From contig OZ244034.1 in assembly GCA_965215185.1 (NCBI GenBank), positions 544,001-608,000 on the forward strand: a stretch of 64,000 bases of DNA. The letters are read 5' to 3'. Below are positions 28,765 to 39,400 of the stretch, one piece after another; the first letter of the stretch is position 1; every line of letters begins with the position of its first letter. The position numbers and the translations under genes were made by a program. The DNA comes from Acidimicrobiia bacterium. Lineage in GTDB: Bacteria; Actinomycetota; Acidimicrobiia; Spongiisociales; ZC4RG35. The notes under the pieces were generated by a model. It saw nothing but the letters and a program-made list of their open reading frames with translations, ran no database searches and was not told the DNA's origin.

Positions 28765-30276
28765 GTGCTTCGGCGGGTCATCGGCCTGCTGATTGTCGCC
28801 GGGATTGCCTGGGGAGGTCTGATCGCCGTCTATCTGCTGGAGATCGAGCCTAAGCTGGGCCTGGATCTTCAAGGCGGGACGTCAGTGGTGCTAACCGCTC
28901 CGGATGATACCGACCCTGACGTAATGGAATATGCCGTGGACATAATGCGCCGCCGCATAGAAGATGTGGGGGGAGTACAGGAACCGGAGATCTCCATCTC
29001 GGGGGGGACAACCGTCTTGGTGCAGCTGCCCGGTGTTCAAAACGAACAACAGGCCCTGGACGCCATTGGGCGAACCGGACGTCTCTCGTTCCGTCCGGTG
29101 CTGGAGTCCACTCCCGGTTTTGAGGGGCCGCTGGTCACAACCACCAACACTGCGTCGTCCGAACCCGGAGAGGATGCAGCCGATTCCGAAGAAACCGTGG
29201 TCATCACCACTACTACCACCACCCTCCCCGATGTCCCCGAAGGAGTGGATCCGGTGACCGGGCACACCATCGATGAAGACCCGGACAAGATCGCCTATCT
29301 GCCGAGCTTCAGCTTGTTCGGAGTTGAGGTTCTCACCCTCGGGCCGACCTCGATGACCGGTTCGGACGTCTCCCAGGCTCTTCCCGGATTCAGCAACACC
29401 TCTGCACAATGGGTGGTGAACCTTTCTCTGACTTCTCAAGGGTCTGACTTATTTGCCCACCTCACCGGCGTAGCAGCGTCCTATCCGATTGGCGATCCCC
29501 GTCGCCAGATCGCCATTGTGTTGGACGGACAGATCATCGCTTCTCCCCAGGTGGCTGAGGATGTGACTGCCGGCGTGGGAATCACCGGTGGTGACGCAGT
29601 GATCACTTTGGGTACCGACCCCACCGCCGAGGAGCAGGCCCAAAACCTGGCAGTAGTTCTTCGATACGGTTCGCTGCCGGTGGCATTCGAAAGGAGTCAG
29701 GTAGAGAAGGTCTCGGCGACTTTGGGGTCGGATTCGCTACGGATCGGCTTGGTGTCAGGTATAGCGGGATTGATCCTGGTGGCGGTGGTGCTGCTGCTCT
29801 ATTACCGAGCGTTGGGACTGGTGGCGGTTTTGGGGATCGGGGTCTTCGGGTCCCTGCTGATCGCTATCTATGCGCTGTTGGGACACTTCCAGGGTGTGAC
29901 GCTGACGTTGGCGGGGATAACGGGGATAATCGTGGCGGTAGGGATCACCGCCGACTCCTATATCGTCTATTTTGAACGGATCAAGGACGAACTGCGCGCT
30001 GGCAGAACCGTCCCGTCGGCCACAACTCAGGGTTTCCGCACCGCTTTTCGCACCATTCTCACCGCTGACACCGTCTCCATTCTGGGGGCCACTCTTCTGT
30101 GGATATTGACGGTGGGAGCGGTGAAAGGGTTTGCCTTGTCGTTGGGCATCGCCACTGTGCTTGACATCTTCGTGGCCCGGGCCTTTACCCGCCGGGCGGC
30201 CTGGGTGTTGGCTCACACTCCCGTGGGCCGTTCCGGTTGGTTCTCCATCCCAGCCGCCGCCGGAGAAAAGCAATGA
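28765..30276 (+). CDS. secD: Protein translocase subunit SecD
   Basis: LGLDLQGG, GSLP, VSATLG, ADSYIVYFERIKDE. Confidence 0.97.
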   Translation: MLRRVIGLLIVAGIAWGGLIAVYLLEIEPKLGLDLQGGTSVVLTAPDDTDPDVMEYAVDIMRRRIEDVGGVQEPEISISGGTTVLVQLPGVQNEQQALDAIGRTGRLSFRPVLESTPGFEGPLVTTTNTASSEPGEDAADSEETVVITTTTTTLPDVPEGVDPVTGHTIDEDPDKIAYLPSFSLFGVEVLTLGPTSMTGSDVSQALPGFSNTSAQWVVNLSLTSQGSDLFAHLTGVAASYPIGDPRRQIAIVLDGQIIASPQVAEDVTAGVGITGGDAVITLGTDPTAEEQAQNLAVVLRYGSLPVAFERSQVEKVSATLGSDSLRIGLVSGIAGLILVAVVLLLYYRALGLVAVLGIGVFGSLLIAIYALLGHFQGVTLTLAGITGIIVAVGITADSYIVYFERIKDELRAGRTVPSATTQGFRTAFRTILTADTVSILGATLLWILTVGAVKGFALSLGIATVLDIFVARAFTRRAAWVLAHTPVGRSGWFSIPAAAGEKQ

Positions 30277-31358
30277 ACGCCTGGCAGAAGATCTCTCGGG
30301 GTGAGACACAGATCGACTTCGTCGGTCTGCGCCGCCGCTGGTTCTATCTCTCGGCGGTTCTGCTGGCGATCTCCGTGATCATGTCCACGGTGTTCGGACT
30401 CAACCTGGGTTTGGAGTTCACGGGAGGCGTGCAGGTGCAGACCGACAATCGCAGCGGGGCAAGCGTGGCAGAACTAGAAGCCGCTTTGAGCGTTTTAGGG
30501 GTGGTGGATTATCGTATCCAGGAGATTGACGAAGGGCAGGGAGTCCGGGTGCAGACCGGACCCATTCCTCCCTCGGTCGAAGACGAGATGGTGGCTACCC
30601 TGGCTAATTTGGTGGGAGCGCCGCCTGAGGACGTAAACCGACAAGCGGTGGGGCCGACCTTCGGAGCCCTGGTGGCTCGGCGAGCATTGTGGGCCTTGGG
30701 GGTGTTTTTGGGGGCGGTGGTGATTTTCATCTCGATCCGCCTCCAATGGAAGATGGCTCTTTCGGGAATCGTTGCTCTGCTACACGATCTCATGATCACC
30801 GTCGGAATATATGCCATAACCCGTTTCGAGGTAACCCCCGCCACGGTGGTGGCGGCCCTCACCGTGTTGGGTTATTCGCTCTACGACACAGTGGTGGTTT
30901 TTGATCGGGTCAGGGAATTGGAAGGCGATTACTCCGATGTCCTGACCTATTCGCAGATTGTCAATCGGTCGATGAACATGGTGCTGGCCCGTTCCATAAA
31001 CACCTCGCTCACCTCGCTGATCCCGGTGGGAAGCATCCTGTTCGTAGGGTCTTTGATTCTCGGAGCCGCCCCCCTGCGCGACTTCTCCCTGGCGCTGTTC
31101 GTGGGAATAGCGGCGGGGACCTACTCGTCTATCTTCGTAGCTTCTCCTCTATTGGCGCTGTGGAAGGAGAGGGAGGTCACCTGGAGGAATCAAAGGCGCA
31201 GAGTGGACAGAAGGCGCCCCGAGATTGATCCTGATTTACCCGCGGAGATCGAAGAGCCGCTCCAGCAGGCACCCATCACTTCTGGTGTCCTGCCCATAGA
31301 TGGAATGGGAACCCCTCGTCCGCCCCGGCGCCGTCGAAGTCGCCGTAGGGCCCGATAG
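30273..31358 (+). CDS. secF: Protein translocase subunit SecF
   Basis: LGLEFTGG, GYSLYDTVVVFDRVRE, RSINT, GTYSSIF. Confidence 0.97.
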   Translation: MNAWQKISRGETQIDFVGLRRRWFYLSAVLLAISVIMSTVFGLNLGLEFTGGVQVQTDNRSGASVAELEAALSVLGVVDYRIQEIDEGQGVRVQTGPIPPSVEDEMVATLANLVGAPPEDVNRQAVGPTFGALVARRALWALGVFLGAVVIFISIRLQWKMALSGIVALLHDLMITVGIYAITRFEVTPATVVAALTVLGYSLYDTVVVFDRVRELEGDYSDVLTYSQIVNRSMNMVLARSINTSLTSLIPVGSILFVGSLILGAAPLRDFSLALFVGIAAGTYSSIFVASPLLALWKEREVTWRNQRRRVDRRRPEIDPDLPAEIEEPLQQAPITSGVLPIDGMGTPRPPRRRRSRRRAR

Positions 31359-31396
31359 AACTCCTGAGAGAGGGCCGTTCAGTTAGACTGACGAGC

Positions 31397-33613
31397 GTGG
31401 CCGACAGCTTAGAGCGGCGCCCTGCTACCAGTGATCTCAACGGGTCGGATGATCCGTTAGCCGGGGTGGTGTCGCGCTTTTTAAGCCATCACCCCGCGGG
31501 CGACACGGACTTGTTGTATCGGGCTTACCAGGTGGCTGAGGAGGCACATCGGGGGCAGTTTCGCAAGTCAGGGGATCCCTACATCGTGCACCCGGTGACG
31601 GTGACCCGGATTCTGGCCGATCTGGGGATGGACGGATCCACTTTGGCGGCGGGCCTGCTGCATGACACCTTGGAGGACACCGATCTCAAATACAAGGATG
31701 TGAAAAAGCTATTCGGCGTGCAGATAGCTGATCTCATCGATGGGGTCACCAAGCTGGACCGAATCTCCTATCCCAACCGCGAGGAGGCGCAGGCGGCCAC
31801 CATCCGCAAAATGGTGGTGGCCATGGCCCGGGACGTGCGGGTGCTGGTCATCAAACTGTGTGACCGTTTGCACAACATGCGCACGGTGAGCGCTCTCCGT
31901 CTTCCCAAGCAGCGAGCGGTGGCCACCGAGACCTTGGATGTGTACGCACCGCTGGCCCACCGGCTGGGAATCCAGGAGATCAAGCATGAGTTGGAAGATC
32001 GTTGCCTGGCCATTCTCTACCCGGGTCCGTACGCCGAAATCGACGACAAGCTGCTGGTACTGGCGCCTGAAAGGCAACTGGTCATCGACAAGATGATGGA
32101 AGAAGTCTCGGGCATACTCAAAGATGCGGGAATCTCTGCCGAAGTGAGCGGACGGCCCAAGCATCACTACTCCATATACCGAAAGATGATGGAGACCGGG
32201 AAGCAATTCGAAGAGATCTACGATCTGATTGGGATAAGGGTGGTGGTTCCCCGGATCCGGGATTGCTATGCCACCCTGGGTGATATTCACTCCCATTGGT
32301 CGCCGTTAAGCGGCAGATTCAAAGACTTCATCGCCATGCCCAAGATCAATCTTTACCAAAGTCTGCACACCACGGTGGTGGGGACCGACGGCAAAGCGAT
32401 CGAGATTCAGATCCGAACTGCGGAGATGCACCAATTGGCGGAGCGGGGTATTGCCGCCCACTGGCGCTACAAGGAGGGACCCGCAGCGGCCGACCTGCAA
32501 TGGGTAGGGGATTTGGGGGGATTGAGGGATGAGTTCGAGGATCCCCGCGAATTCCTGGATCACCTGAAGCTGGACCTCTATCGGGATGAGGTTTTTGTGA
32601 TTACTCCCCGAGGAGAGGTGAAGGCTTTTCCCTCTGGGGCCACTCCGGTGGACTTTGCCTATGCCATCCATACCGAAGTGGGTGACCGATGCGTGGGAGC
32701 GCGGGTCAATGGGCGGCTCCTACCACTATCGACGCGGCTTTCCTCAGGTGACATAGTGGAGATCATCACCTCCCGGTCCCAGGGTGCTGGGCCCAGTAGG
32801 GACTGGTTGAAGACGGTGCAGACTTCCCGGGCCCGCACCAAGATCAAGCAGTGGTTCTCCAAGGAGCGGCGCGCCCGGTCCATCGCTGACGGTCGGGAAG
32901 CGCTTTGGTCGGAGCTTCGCAAAGCCCGATTGGGGCTCACTGCCGCCGCCCGTGACCGACTCTTGGCCTCCATCGCCGAGGACCTGGGCAGAACCGAGAT
33001 CGACCACCTCTTCCTGGCGGTTGGCGAGGGAGAGATCGCCCCCTCCACCGTGATTCAAAGGTTGGAAAGAGCCGTCAGGCCCAGCCTTCCGGAGGTGAAG
33101 GAAAAAGTGGGGCTGCTGTCTTCTACAGGAATACGCCACCGGCCCGACGCCGCTTCGTCGGGGGTATTGGTGGAGGGAATGAGCGACACAATGGTGACAC
33201 TGGCCAAATGCTGCTCTCCGGTTCCCTCCGACACGATTGTCGGGTACGTGACGACTGGCCGGGGCGTCTCCGTACACAGAACCGAATGCACCAACTTGGC
33301 CGATCGCTTCCCGCAGATGGAACGGATGGTGGAAGTGGCCTGGTCTCCCGACCGCATGAGCGTCTTTACCGTCTGGGTGCAGGTGGAAGCCTTGGACCGC
33401 ACCCGTCTGCTGCGAGACGTCACCGCGGCCATTTCTGAGATCGGAGGCAACATCATTGCGGCTGCGTCGGCGGTCGGGGACGACCTGGTGGCTGTCTTCC
33501 AGTATGAGGTGGAACTCTCCGATGCCGGGCAGTTGAGTCGGCTGCTATCGGATCTCAAGGGAGTGGACGGGGTGTTCAAAGCGTTCAGAGTCTCCTCCGA
33601 CCTCCCGGACTGA
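31397..33613 (+). CDS. rel: Bifunctional (p)ppGpp synthetase/hydrolase Rel
   Basis: LHDTLED, DRLHNMRT, YQSLHT, EIQIRT, TGS and ACT domains. Confidence 0.97.
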   Translation: MADSLERRPATSDLNGSDDPLAGVVSRFLSHHPAGDTDLLYRAYQVAEEAHRGQFRKSGDPYIVHPVTVTRILADLGMDGSTLAAGLLHDTLEDTDLKYKDVKKLFGVQIADLIDGVTKLDRISYPNREEAQAATIRKMVVAMARDVRVLVIKLCDRLHNMRTVSALRLPKQRAVATETLDVYAPLAHRLGIQEIKHELEDRCLAILYPGPYAEIDDKLLVLAPERQLVIDKMMEEVSGILKDAGISAEVSGRPKHHYSIYRKMMETGKQFEEIYDLIGIRVVVPRIRDCYATLGDIHSHWSPLSGRFKDFIAMPKINLYQSLHTTVVGTDGKAIEIQIRTAEMHQLAERGIAAHWRYKEGPAAADLQWVGDLGGLRDEFEDPREFLDHLKLDLYRDEVFVITPRGEVKAFPSGATPVDFAYAIHTEVGDRCVGARVNGRLLPLSTRLSSGDIVEIITSRSQGAGPSRDWLKTVQTSRARTKIKQWFSKERRARSIADGREALWSELRKARLGLTAAARDRLLASIAEDLGRTEIDHLFLAVGEGEIAPSTVIQRLERAVRPSLPEVKEKVGLLSSTGIRHRPDAASSGVLVEGMSDTMVTLAKCCSPVPSDTIVGYVTTGRGVSVHRTECTNLADRFPQMERMVEVAWSPDRMSVFTVWVQVEALDRTRLLRDVTAAISEIGGNIIAAASAVGDDLVAVFQYEVELSDAGQLSRLLSDLKGVDGVFKAFRVSSDLPD

Positions 33614-33624
33614 ACGGAAATCCC

Positions 33625-34272
33625 ATGCTGGTCGATAGCGTTCCTCTATGGCTTGCGCAGACCAACTGCTATGTGGTGGCGCCGGAACCAGGTGGCCCGT
33701 GCGTGGTGGTGGACGCCCCTCCCGATCCCCAGGGAATTGCGGATTTATGCGCCAGTCATGATCTGGCGCCGGTGGCCCTATTGGTCACCCACGGTCATGT
33801 GGATCACATTGGAGGGGCGGGGGGGACGGAGGACATGTTGGGGGTGGTTACCTATGTTCACCCCGACGACGATTTCCTGTCATTACATCCCCACCGGCAG
33901 CTCCTTGGCCTGATGGGGGCCATACCGCCTGGCGATTACCGGCCTCCCACCACTCGCCAGGATCTATCGGATGGTCAGGTCCTTCACTTGGCCGGGTTGG
34001 AGATATCGGTACTTCACACACCCGGCCACACTCCGGGACACTGTTGTTTTCATCTTCCCTCCGAAGGCATCCTTTTCTCCGGAGATCAGCTGTTCCGAGG
34101 CTCGATTGGGCGCACCGACTTGCCGGGTGGCGACTTCGACACTCTGATGGACAGCATGCGCCAGAAAATTCTGGGACTGCCGTTCGAGACAATGGTGCTT
34201 CCTGGTCACGGGGAAAGCACTACCCTCGGTCTGGAACGTAACCACAATCCCTTCCTGGTAACCCTGATTTAG
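33625..34272 (+). CDS. MBL-fold metallo-hydrolase (glyoxalase II-like)
   Basis: THGHVDHIGG, TPGHTPG, GD, PGHG. Confidence 0.93.
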   Translation: MLVDSVPLWLAQTNCYVVAPEPGGPCVVVDAPPDPQGIADLCASHDLAPVALLVTHGHVDHIGGAGGTEDMLGVVTYVHPDDDFLSLHPHRQLLGLMGAIPPGDYRPPTTRQDLSDGQVLHLAGLEISVLHTPGHTPGHCCFHLPSEGILFSGDQLFRGSIGRTDLPGGDFDTLMDSMRQKILGLPFETMVLPGHGESTTLGLERNHNPFLVTLI

Positions 34273-34275
34273 ATA

Positions 34276-35502
34276 ATGGTGATCCGCTCTCCCAAGGGGA
34301 CCGATGTAACCGGTCCGCCCCAATCTGCCCGATGGCGCCAGGCGTTGGCCAAGTGGGAAACGCTTACGGCCTCTTACGGCTACGAGTTGGTTATCACTCC
34401 CGTATTCGAGTTCACCAATCTATTCGAAAGGGGGGTAGGGGACACCTCGGAGGTGGTCACCAAGCAGATGTACACGTTCTTGGACCGTCGAGGCCGATCT
34501 TTGAGCCTTCGCCCGGAAGGAACGGCTGGTGTGATGAGGGCGTACCTGGCTCAGGGAGGGACGGGACAGTGGAAGGTGGCCTACTCAGGACCCATGTTCC
34601 GCTACGAACAGCCGCAGGGTGGTCGGAAGCGACAGTTCTGGCAGGTGGGGGTGGAGTGCATCGGTTCGGCGTCACCCGCCGCTGATGTGGAGGTGATCGC
34701 CCTTGCCGTTTCATTTCTGGCGGAAGTGGGGGTCGAGACGCAGCTATTGATCAACAGCCTCGGTGATGTTTCGTGCCGCATGTCATATCTGATGGATCTA
34801 AAAGATGTGTTGAGCCAATCGACTTCGCAGCTTTGCACCAATCACGTCGGTGTGGTGGAAGTCAACCCGCTTCGCATCCTGGATTGTTCGACCTGCCGAC
34901 CCGATTCGGGGAACCTGCCGGATATAGCGGACTACTGGTGTGCCGAGTGCCGAGATCACTTCCGGCAAGTCCGCGACGGCTTGGACAGCTTGGGCGTTGA
35001 TTATCGGCGGTCGGCGCGGCTGGTACGAGGACTCGACTACTACTCGCGAACCACTTTCGAGTTCGTCTCCACCACGTTGGAGACCACCCAAACCACCCTG
35101 TTGGGAGGAGGCCGGTATGACGGGCTGGCCGAATTGTTGGGCGGAAAGCCCGCGCCCGGGGTGGGCTTCGCGGCAGGGATCGACCGGATTCTCCTGGCTC
35201 AAGCGTCGCGGGCGGACGCAGCTCTGGACGTGTACCTAGTGGCGGAGAGGCCGGTTACTCCCATCGATTTGATGGAGTGGGCGGCACCGCTTCGCGAAGA
35301 AGGACTGCGGGTGGGTTTTGACCTGGATCACCGCAGCGTTAAAGCCCAGTTCCGAGCCGCCACTCGCTCGCAGGCCAGGTACGTGGGAGTTGTGAGCGGG
35401 TTGCGGATGGAGATGCGAGAGGGACATGCCCGTGAGACTCTGTTCAAGCAGAACCTGGGAGACTGGGCAAGAAAGGCGGCGATCGAGGAGGGAAGATCGT
35501 GA
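34276..35502 (+). CDS. hisS: Histidine--tRNA ligase
   Basis: LRPEGTA, FRYEQPQGGR, LVRGLDYY, GGGRYDGL. Confidence 0.97.
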   Translation: MVIRSPKGTDVTGPPQSARWRQALAKWETLTASYGYELVITPVFEFTNLFERGVGDTSEVVTKQMYTFLDRRGRSLSLRPEGTAGVMRAYLAQGGTGQWKVAYSGPMFRYEQPQGGRKRQFWQVGVECIGSASPAADVEVIALAVSFLAEVGVETQLLINSLGDVSCRMSYLMDLKDVLSQSTSQLCTNHVGVVEVNPLRILDCSTCRPDSGNLPDIADYWCAECRDHFRQVRDGLDSLGVDYRRSARLVRGLDYYSRTTFEFVSTTLETTQTTLLGGGRYDGLAELLGGKPAPGVGFAAGIDRILLAQASRADAALDVYLVAERPVTPIDLMEWAAPLREEGLRVGFDLDHRSVKAQFRAATRSQARYVGVVSGLRMEMREGHARETLFKQNLGDWARKAAIEEGRS

Positions 35503-37253
35503 GAAGTCACACCGCATCCCAAGTGGGGTTGCAGATGGTGGGTGAGATGGTCACCCTGGCAGGGTGGGTGGGCCGCAGACGCCACCATGGAGGAGTGGTG
35601 TTCGTGGATCTGCGGGACCACACCGGGGTAGTGCAGGTGGTGCTGCATCCGGAGCGGATCGGGGAGTCTGACCAGTTGCGTCGCGAGTTCTGTGTGCAGG
35701 TACGGGGAGTGACGCGTCGTCGTCCCGAGGGCTCGGAAAACCCGGCCATGGCCAGTGGAATGGTGGAAGTGGAAGCGCAAGAGTTGTGTGTCCTGAGCCG
35801 ATCCGAGGAGCCTCCCTTTCCCATAGAGGATCGCACCCACGCCGAGGAACTCTTGCGTTTGGAGTATCGCTATCTGGATTTGCGTCGTCCCAGTATGGCC
35901 AGGAATCTGCGATCCCGCTCGATTGCCCTTCGAACCGTGCGGCGCACCCTGGAGGACATGGGATTCTGGGAGGTGGAGACCCCCACCTTGATTCGGTCTA
36001 CTCCCGAAGGTGCCCGCGACCTGCTGGTCCCCAGCCGACACAATCCCGGCAGCTTCTACGCCCTGCCCCAGTCGCCCCAGCTCTACAAGCAGCTTCTGAT
36101 GGTGGCCGGGGTGAACCGGTACTACCAGATGTGCCGCTGCTATCGGGATGAGGACTTCCGGGCCGATCGGCAGTTGGAGTTCACCCAGATTGATCTGGAG
36201 GGCGCCTTCTGGGGCCAGGAGGATGTGCTGGCCACCGTGGAGGCAGTGGTAGAAGCGGTAACGGCGGTTCTACGCCCCGATCAGGTCGTTGCTGCGGCGC
36301 CGTTCCCTCGTCTCACCTACCGGGAGGCCATGGCCCGCTATGGCACCGACAAACCCGATCGGCGGTTTGGCATGGAGATCGTCGAATTGTCGCAGGTGTT
36401 CTCCCAAACCGGATTCCGGGCGTTCGCGAACACATTGGGGTCCGCAGGTGTGGTCCGTGGCATCAATGCCGGACAGATCAAGATGAGCCGAGCCCGGGCC
36501 GACGCGCTGATAGCCAAAGCCCGGCAGTGGGGAGCGGGAGGGCTGGTCTGGATGGTGGTGCAAGAGGATGCTCCACCCCGTTCACCGGTGGCCAAATTCC
36601 TGTCTGACGCCGAGTTGGCTGGGGTGGTGAAGCGTTTGGAGGGTCGACCGGGAGACGCTTTGCTGCTGGTGGCGGATACGGAGAAGACGGCGGCGGAAAC
36701 GTTGGGTCGTCTGCGTCTGGAACTGGGAGAACCCGACGACCCGAACCGACTTGAGTTTTTGTGGGTAGTGGATTTCCCCATGTTCGAGGAGAAGGAGGGT
36801 GAAATCACCTTTCTTCATCACCCCTTTACCTCTCCCATGGACGTGGAGATAATGGGGGAACGTCCTTTGGAGTCGGTAGCCAAGGCTTACGACTTGGTGT
36901 TGAACGGGGTGGAACTGGGCTCGGGGAGTGTCCGGATTCACGATTCGCAAGTTCAGCGTCGTGTGTTTGAGATTTTGGGAATCTCCCCATCCGAGGCCGA
37001 GGAGCGGTTTGGCTGGTTCATCCGCGCTCTCGGTTATGGAGCTCCTCCCCACGCCGGGTTTGCGGTGGGATTCGACCGGCTGGTGGCGGTGCTGTGCGGG
37101 GTCTCGAGTATTCGAGAGATCATCCCCTTCCCCAAGACCCAGAGCGGCGCCGAGCCCCTCAGTCGTAGCCCGGCTGTGGTGGACCGGGGCCAACTGGCGG
37201 AGTTGGGCATTCAGGTCGATCCACGCCGGACCAAAGCTGCGCCGTCGGAATAA
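35499..37253 (+). CDS. aspS: Aspartate--tRNA ligase (probably non-discriminating)
   Basis: YRYLDLRR, STPEGARD, LPQSPQLYKQ, GAPPHAG; HGG and PEG residues typical of ND enzymes. Confidence 0.97.
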   Translation: MRSHTASQVGLQMVGEMVTLAGWVGRRRHHGGVVFVDLRDHTGVVQVVLHPERIGESDQLRREFCVQVRGVTRRRPEGSENPAMASGMVEVEAQELCVLSRSEEPPFPIEDRTHAEELLRLEYRYLDLRRPSMARNLRSRSIALRTVRRTLEDMGFWEVETPTLIRSTPEGARDLLVPSRHNPGSFYALPQSPQLYKQLLMVAGVNRYYQMCRCYRDEDFRADRQLEFTQIDLEGAFWGQEDVLATVEAVVEAVTAVLRPDQVVAAAPFPRLTYREAMARYGTDKPDRRFGMEIVELSQVFSQTGFRAFANTLGSAGVVRGINAGQIKMSRARADALIAKARQWGAGGLVWMVVQEDAPPRSPVAKFLSDAELAGVVKRLEGRPGDALLLVADTEKTAAETLGRLRLELGEPDDPNRLEFLWVVDFPMFEEKEGEITFLHHPFTSPMDVEIMGERPLESVAKAYDLVLNGVELGSGSVRIHDSQVQRRVFEILGISPSEAEERFGWFIRALGYGAPPHAGFAVGFDRLVAVLCGVSSIREIIPFPKTQSGAEPLSRSPAVVDRGQLAELGIQVDPRRTKAAPSE

Positions 37254-37257
37254 CCAT

Positions 37258-38613
37258 ATGATCTACGGTGCCGATGATCTGTTCGCCGCCCGGCGTTCGC
37301 AGGTCATGGCAGGGGTGGCTCCGCTGGCAGAGCGAATGCGTCCCCAAGACCTGGATGAAGTGGTGGGCTTGCCCACCCTGCTGAGCCCCGGTGCGGCCTT
37401 TCGGGTGTTGGTGGAGTCGGGCAGACCGGTCTCCATGGTGTTGTGGGGCCCGCCGGGCAGTGGCAAGACCACCCTGGCCCGACTGGTGGCCACCTACTGC
37501 TCGGCCTCATTCGCCACGCTCAGCGCCACCGCCGCCGGGGTGAAGGAGGTGAGAGGCATCCTGGCCTCGGCCCTCCGGAGATTGGAGACCGACGGCCGGC
37601 GTACCGTGCTGTTCTTGGACGAGATCCACCGTTTTTCCAAGAATCAGCAGGACGCACTGCTGCCAGGAGTCGAGAACGGGACTCTGATTCTGATAGGGGC
37701 GACCACCGAAAACCCCTTCTTCGAGATCAACACTCCTTTGATGAGCCGCATGATTCTGTTCCGCACCCGCCATATCTCCGAGGAGGCCCTGGCCATCCTG
37801 GTGGATCGGGCGTTATCGGATGAGGGAAGGGGACTGGGGAGGGAAGAACTGCGCATCAGCGACGCCGCTCGTGAAGCTCTGGCTGGAAGGTCGGGGGGAG
37901 ATGCCCGGGGGCTGCTCAACGCCTTGGAAGTTGCTGCCTATCTGGCCAAGGGAAGGGGATCGGAGAGCATTGAGATCGCAGATGTCTCCGAGGCGCTTGG
38001 CCGACGCATCGTTCAATACGACAAAACAGGGGATCGTCACTACGACGTGATCTCGGCATTCATCAAAAGCGTGCGCGGTTCGGACCCTGACGCTGCTCTT
38101 TACTGGCTGTTTCTCATGCTGGAGGGTGGCGAGGATCCGGAGTTCATAGCGCGGCGACTGGTGATACTGGCGTCAGAGGACATTGGTCTGGCAGATCGCT
38201 GGGCCCTTCCCGTTGCGACGGCGGCGGCCCAGGCCCTCTCTTATGTGGGGATGCCCGAGGCTGCCCATCATCTGGCTCACGCCACTGTGTTCCTGGCTTC
38301 CGCCCCCAAATCCAACTCGGTCACCTCCGCTATGTCCCGAGCCAGGGAGGCAGTGCAGAAAGGACCCAGTCCTTCGGTACCACTCCATCTTCGTAGTAGC
38401 GGCTACCGGGGGGCGGATAGCATAGGACACGGAAAAGGATATGTCTACCCGCACGACCGCCCAGGGCATATCGTTTCACAGGCCTATTTCCCGCCGGAAG
38501 TGAGTCCCCAAGTGTTTTTCCGCCCCAGTTCCAGCGGTTTTGAAGCCGAGATCAGTCGCCGCCTTTCGGAGATAGACCAAGTATTGCGCAGGACAGGTCG
38601 CCAAGGGGAATGA
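37258..38613 (+). CDS. rarA: Replication-associated recombination protein A
   Basis: PLAERMRP, GPPGSGKTT, DEIHRF, SAFIKSVRGSDPDAA. Confidence 0.96.
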   Translation: MIYGADDLFAARRSQVMAGVAPLAERMRPQDLDEVVGLPTLLSPGAAFRVLVESGRPVSMVLWGPPGSGKTTLARLVATYCSASFATLSATAAGVKEVRGILASALRRLETDGRRTVLFLDEIHRFSKNQQDALLPGVENGTLILIGATTENPFFEINTPLMSRMILFRTRHISEEALAILVDRALSDEGRGLGREELRISDAAREALAGRSGGDARGLLNALEVAAYLAKGRGSESIEIADVSEALGRRIVQYDKTGDRHYDVISAFIKSVRGSDPDAALYWLFLMLEGGEDPEFIARRLVILASEDIGLADRWALPVATAAAQALSYVGMPEAAHHLAHATVFLASAPKSNSVTSAMSRAREAVQKGPSPSVPLHLRSSGYRGADSIGHGKGYVYPHDRPGHIVSQAYFPPEVSPQVFFRPSSSGFEAEISRRLSEIDQVLRRTGRQGE

Positions 38614-39392
38614 GCATGCTGGCTGTGGGGGTCGACATCGGTGGGTCGGGGATCAAGGGCAATGTGGTGGACACCTCCACGGGGCAACTGTTGTTCACAC
38701 GCCTTCGCATCCCAACTCCGCGCCCCGGTACCACCGCCGCCGTGGCCGAGGTGGTGAGAGAGATAGCCGACCATTATCGTGAAAAGTGCGGTGATGTATC
38801 CGTGCCGGTGGGATGCGGCTTTCCCGGTGTGGTCAAGTCGGGAATAGTGGGCAGCGCCACGCACCTGGACGATGCCTGGTTGGGCGCTGATGTGGTCACC
38901 ATCTTCTCTGAAGCCTTGGGCCATTGCGTGACGGTTATCAACGACGCCGACGCTGCCGGCGTTGCCGAGATCGCCTTCGGGTCGGCACGGGGCCACCGCG
39001 GGTCGGTACTGATCATCACTTTGGGAACCGGTGTCGGCAGTGGAATGTTCTGCGGCGGTCAGCTGGTTCCCAACTTCGAACTGGGCATGCTGGAGTTTGG
39101 GGGGCACCATCCCATTGAGGACCGGGTGGCTTATCGAATCTACAAACAAGAATCCATAAGCTGGGAGAAGTGGGCAAAGAGGCTGAATCGGTATTTGCGC
39201 CATGTCAGTTCGTTGTTTGCCCCGGACTTGATAGTTATCGGGGGAGGGGCGGTCAACAAGTGGTCAAGCTTCGGCCACTACTTGGACGTTCCGGTCGAAT
39301 TGAAGCCGGCCCGCTTCGGCAACCACGCCGGGATAATTGGCGCCGCCCTAGCTGCGGCCCAACCCTCGCTCTTAGGGCCACCAGCGCTATAG
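38610..39392 (+). CDS. ppgK: Polyphosphate glucokinase (ROK family)
   Basis: DIGGSGIKG, NDADAAG, TLGTGVGS, PNFELG, AGIIGAA. Confidence 0.9.
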   Translation: MSMLAVGVDIGGSGIKGNVVDTSTGQLLFTRLRIPTPRPGTTAAVAEVVREIADHYREKCGDVSVPVGCGFPGVVKSGIVGSATHLDDAWLGADVVTIFSEALGHCVTVINDADAAGVAEIAFGSARGHRGSVLIITLGTGVGSGMFCGGQLVPNFELGMLEFGGHHPIEDRVAYRIYKQESISWEKWAKRLNRYLRHVSSLFAPDLIVIGGGAVNKWSSFGHYLDVPVELKPARFGNHAGIIGAALAAAQPSLLGPPAL

Positions 39393-39400
39393 GGATCCTA

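Noticed and set aside
19344-38613. PIM cluster through pdxST, ruvCAB, secDF, rel, hisS and aspS as a novel system
   Set aside because: Well-known conserved actinobacterial gene order; queA-tgt before yajC is also a standard arrangement
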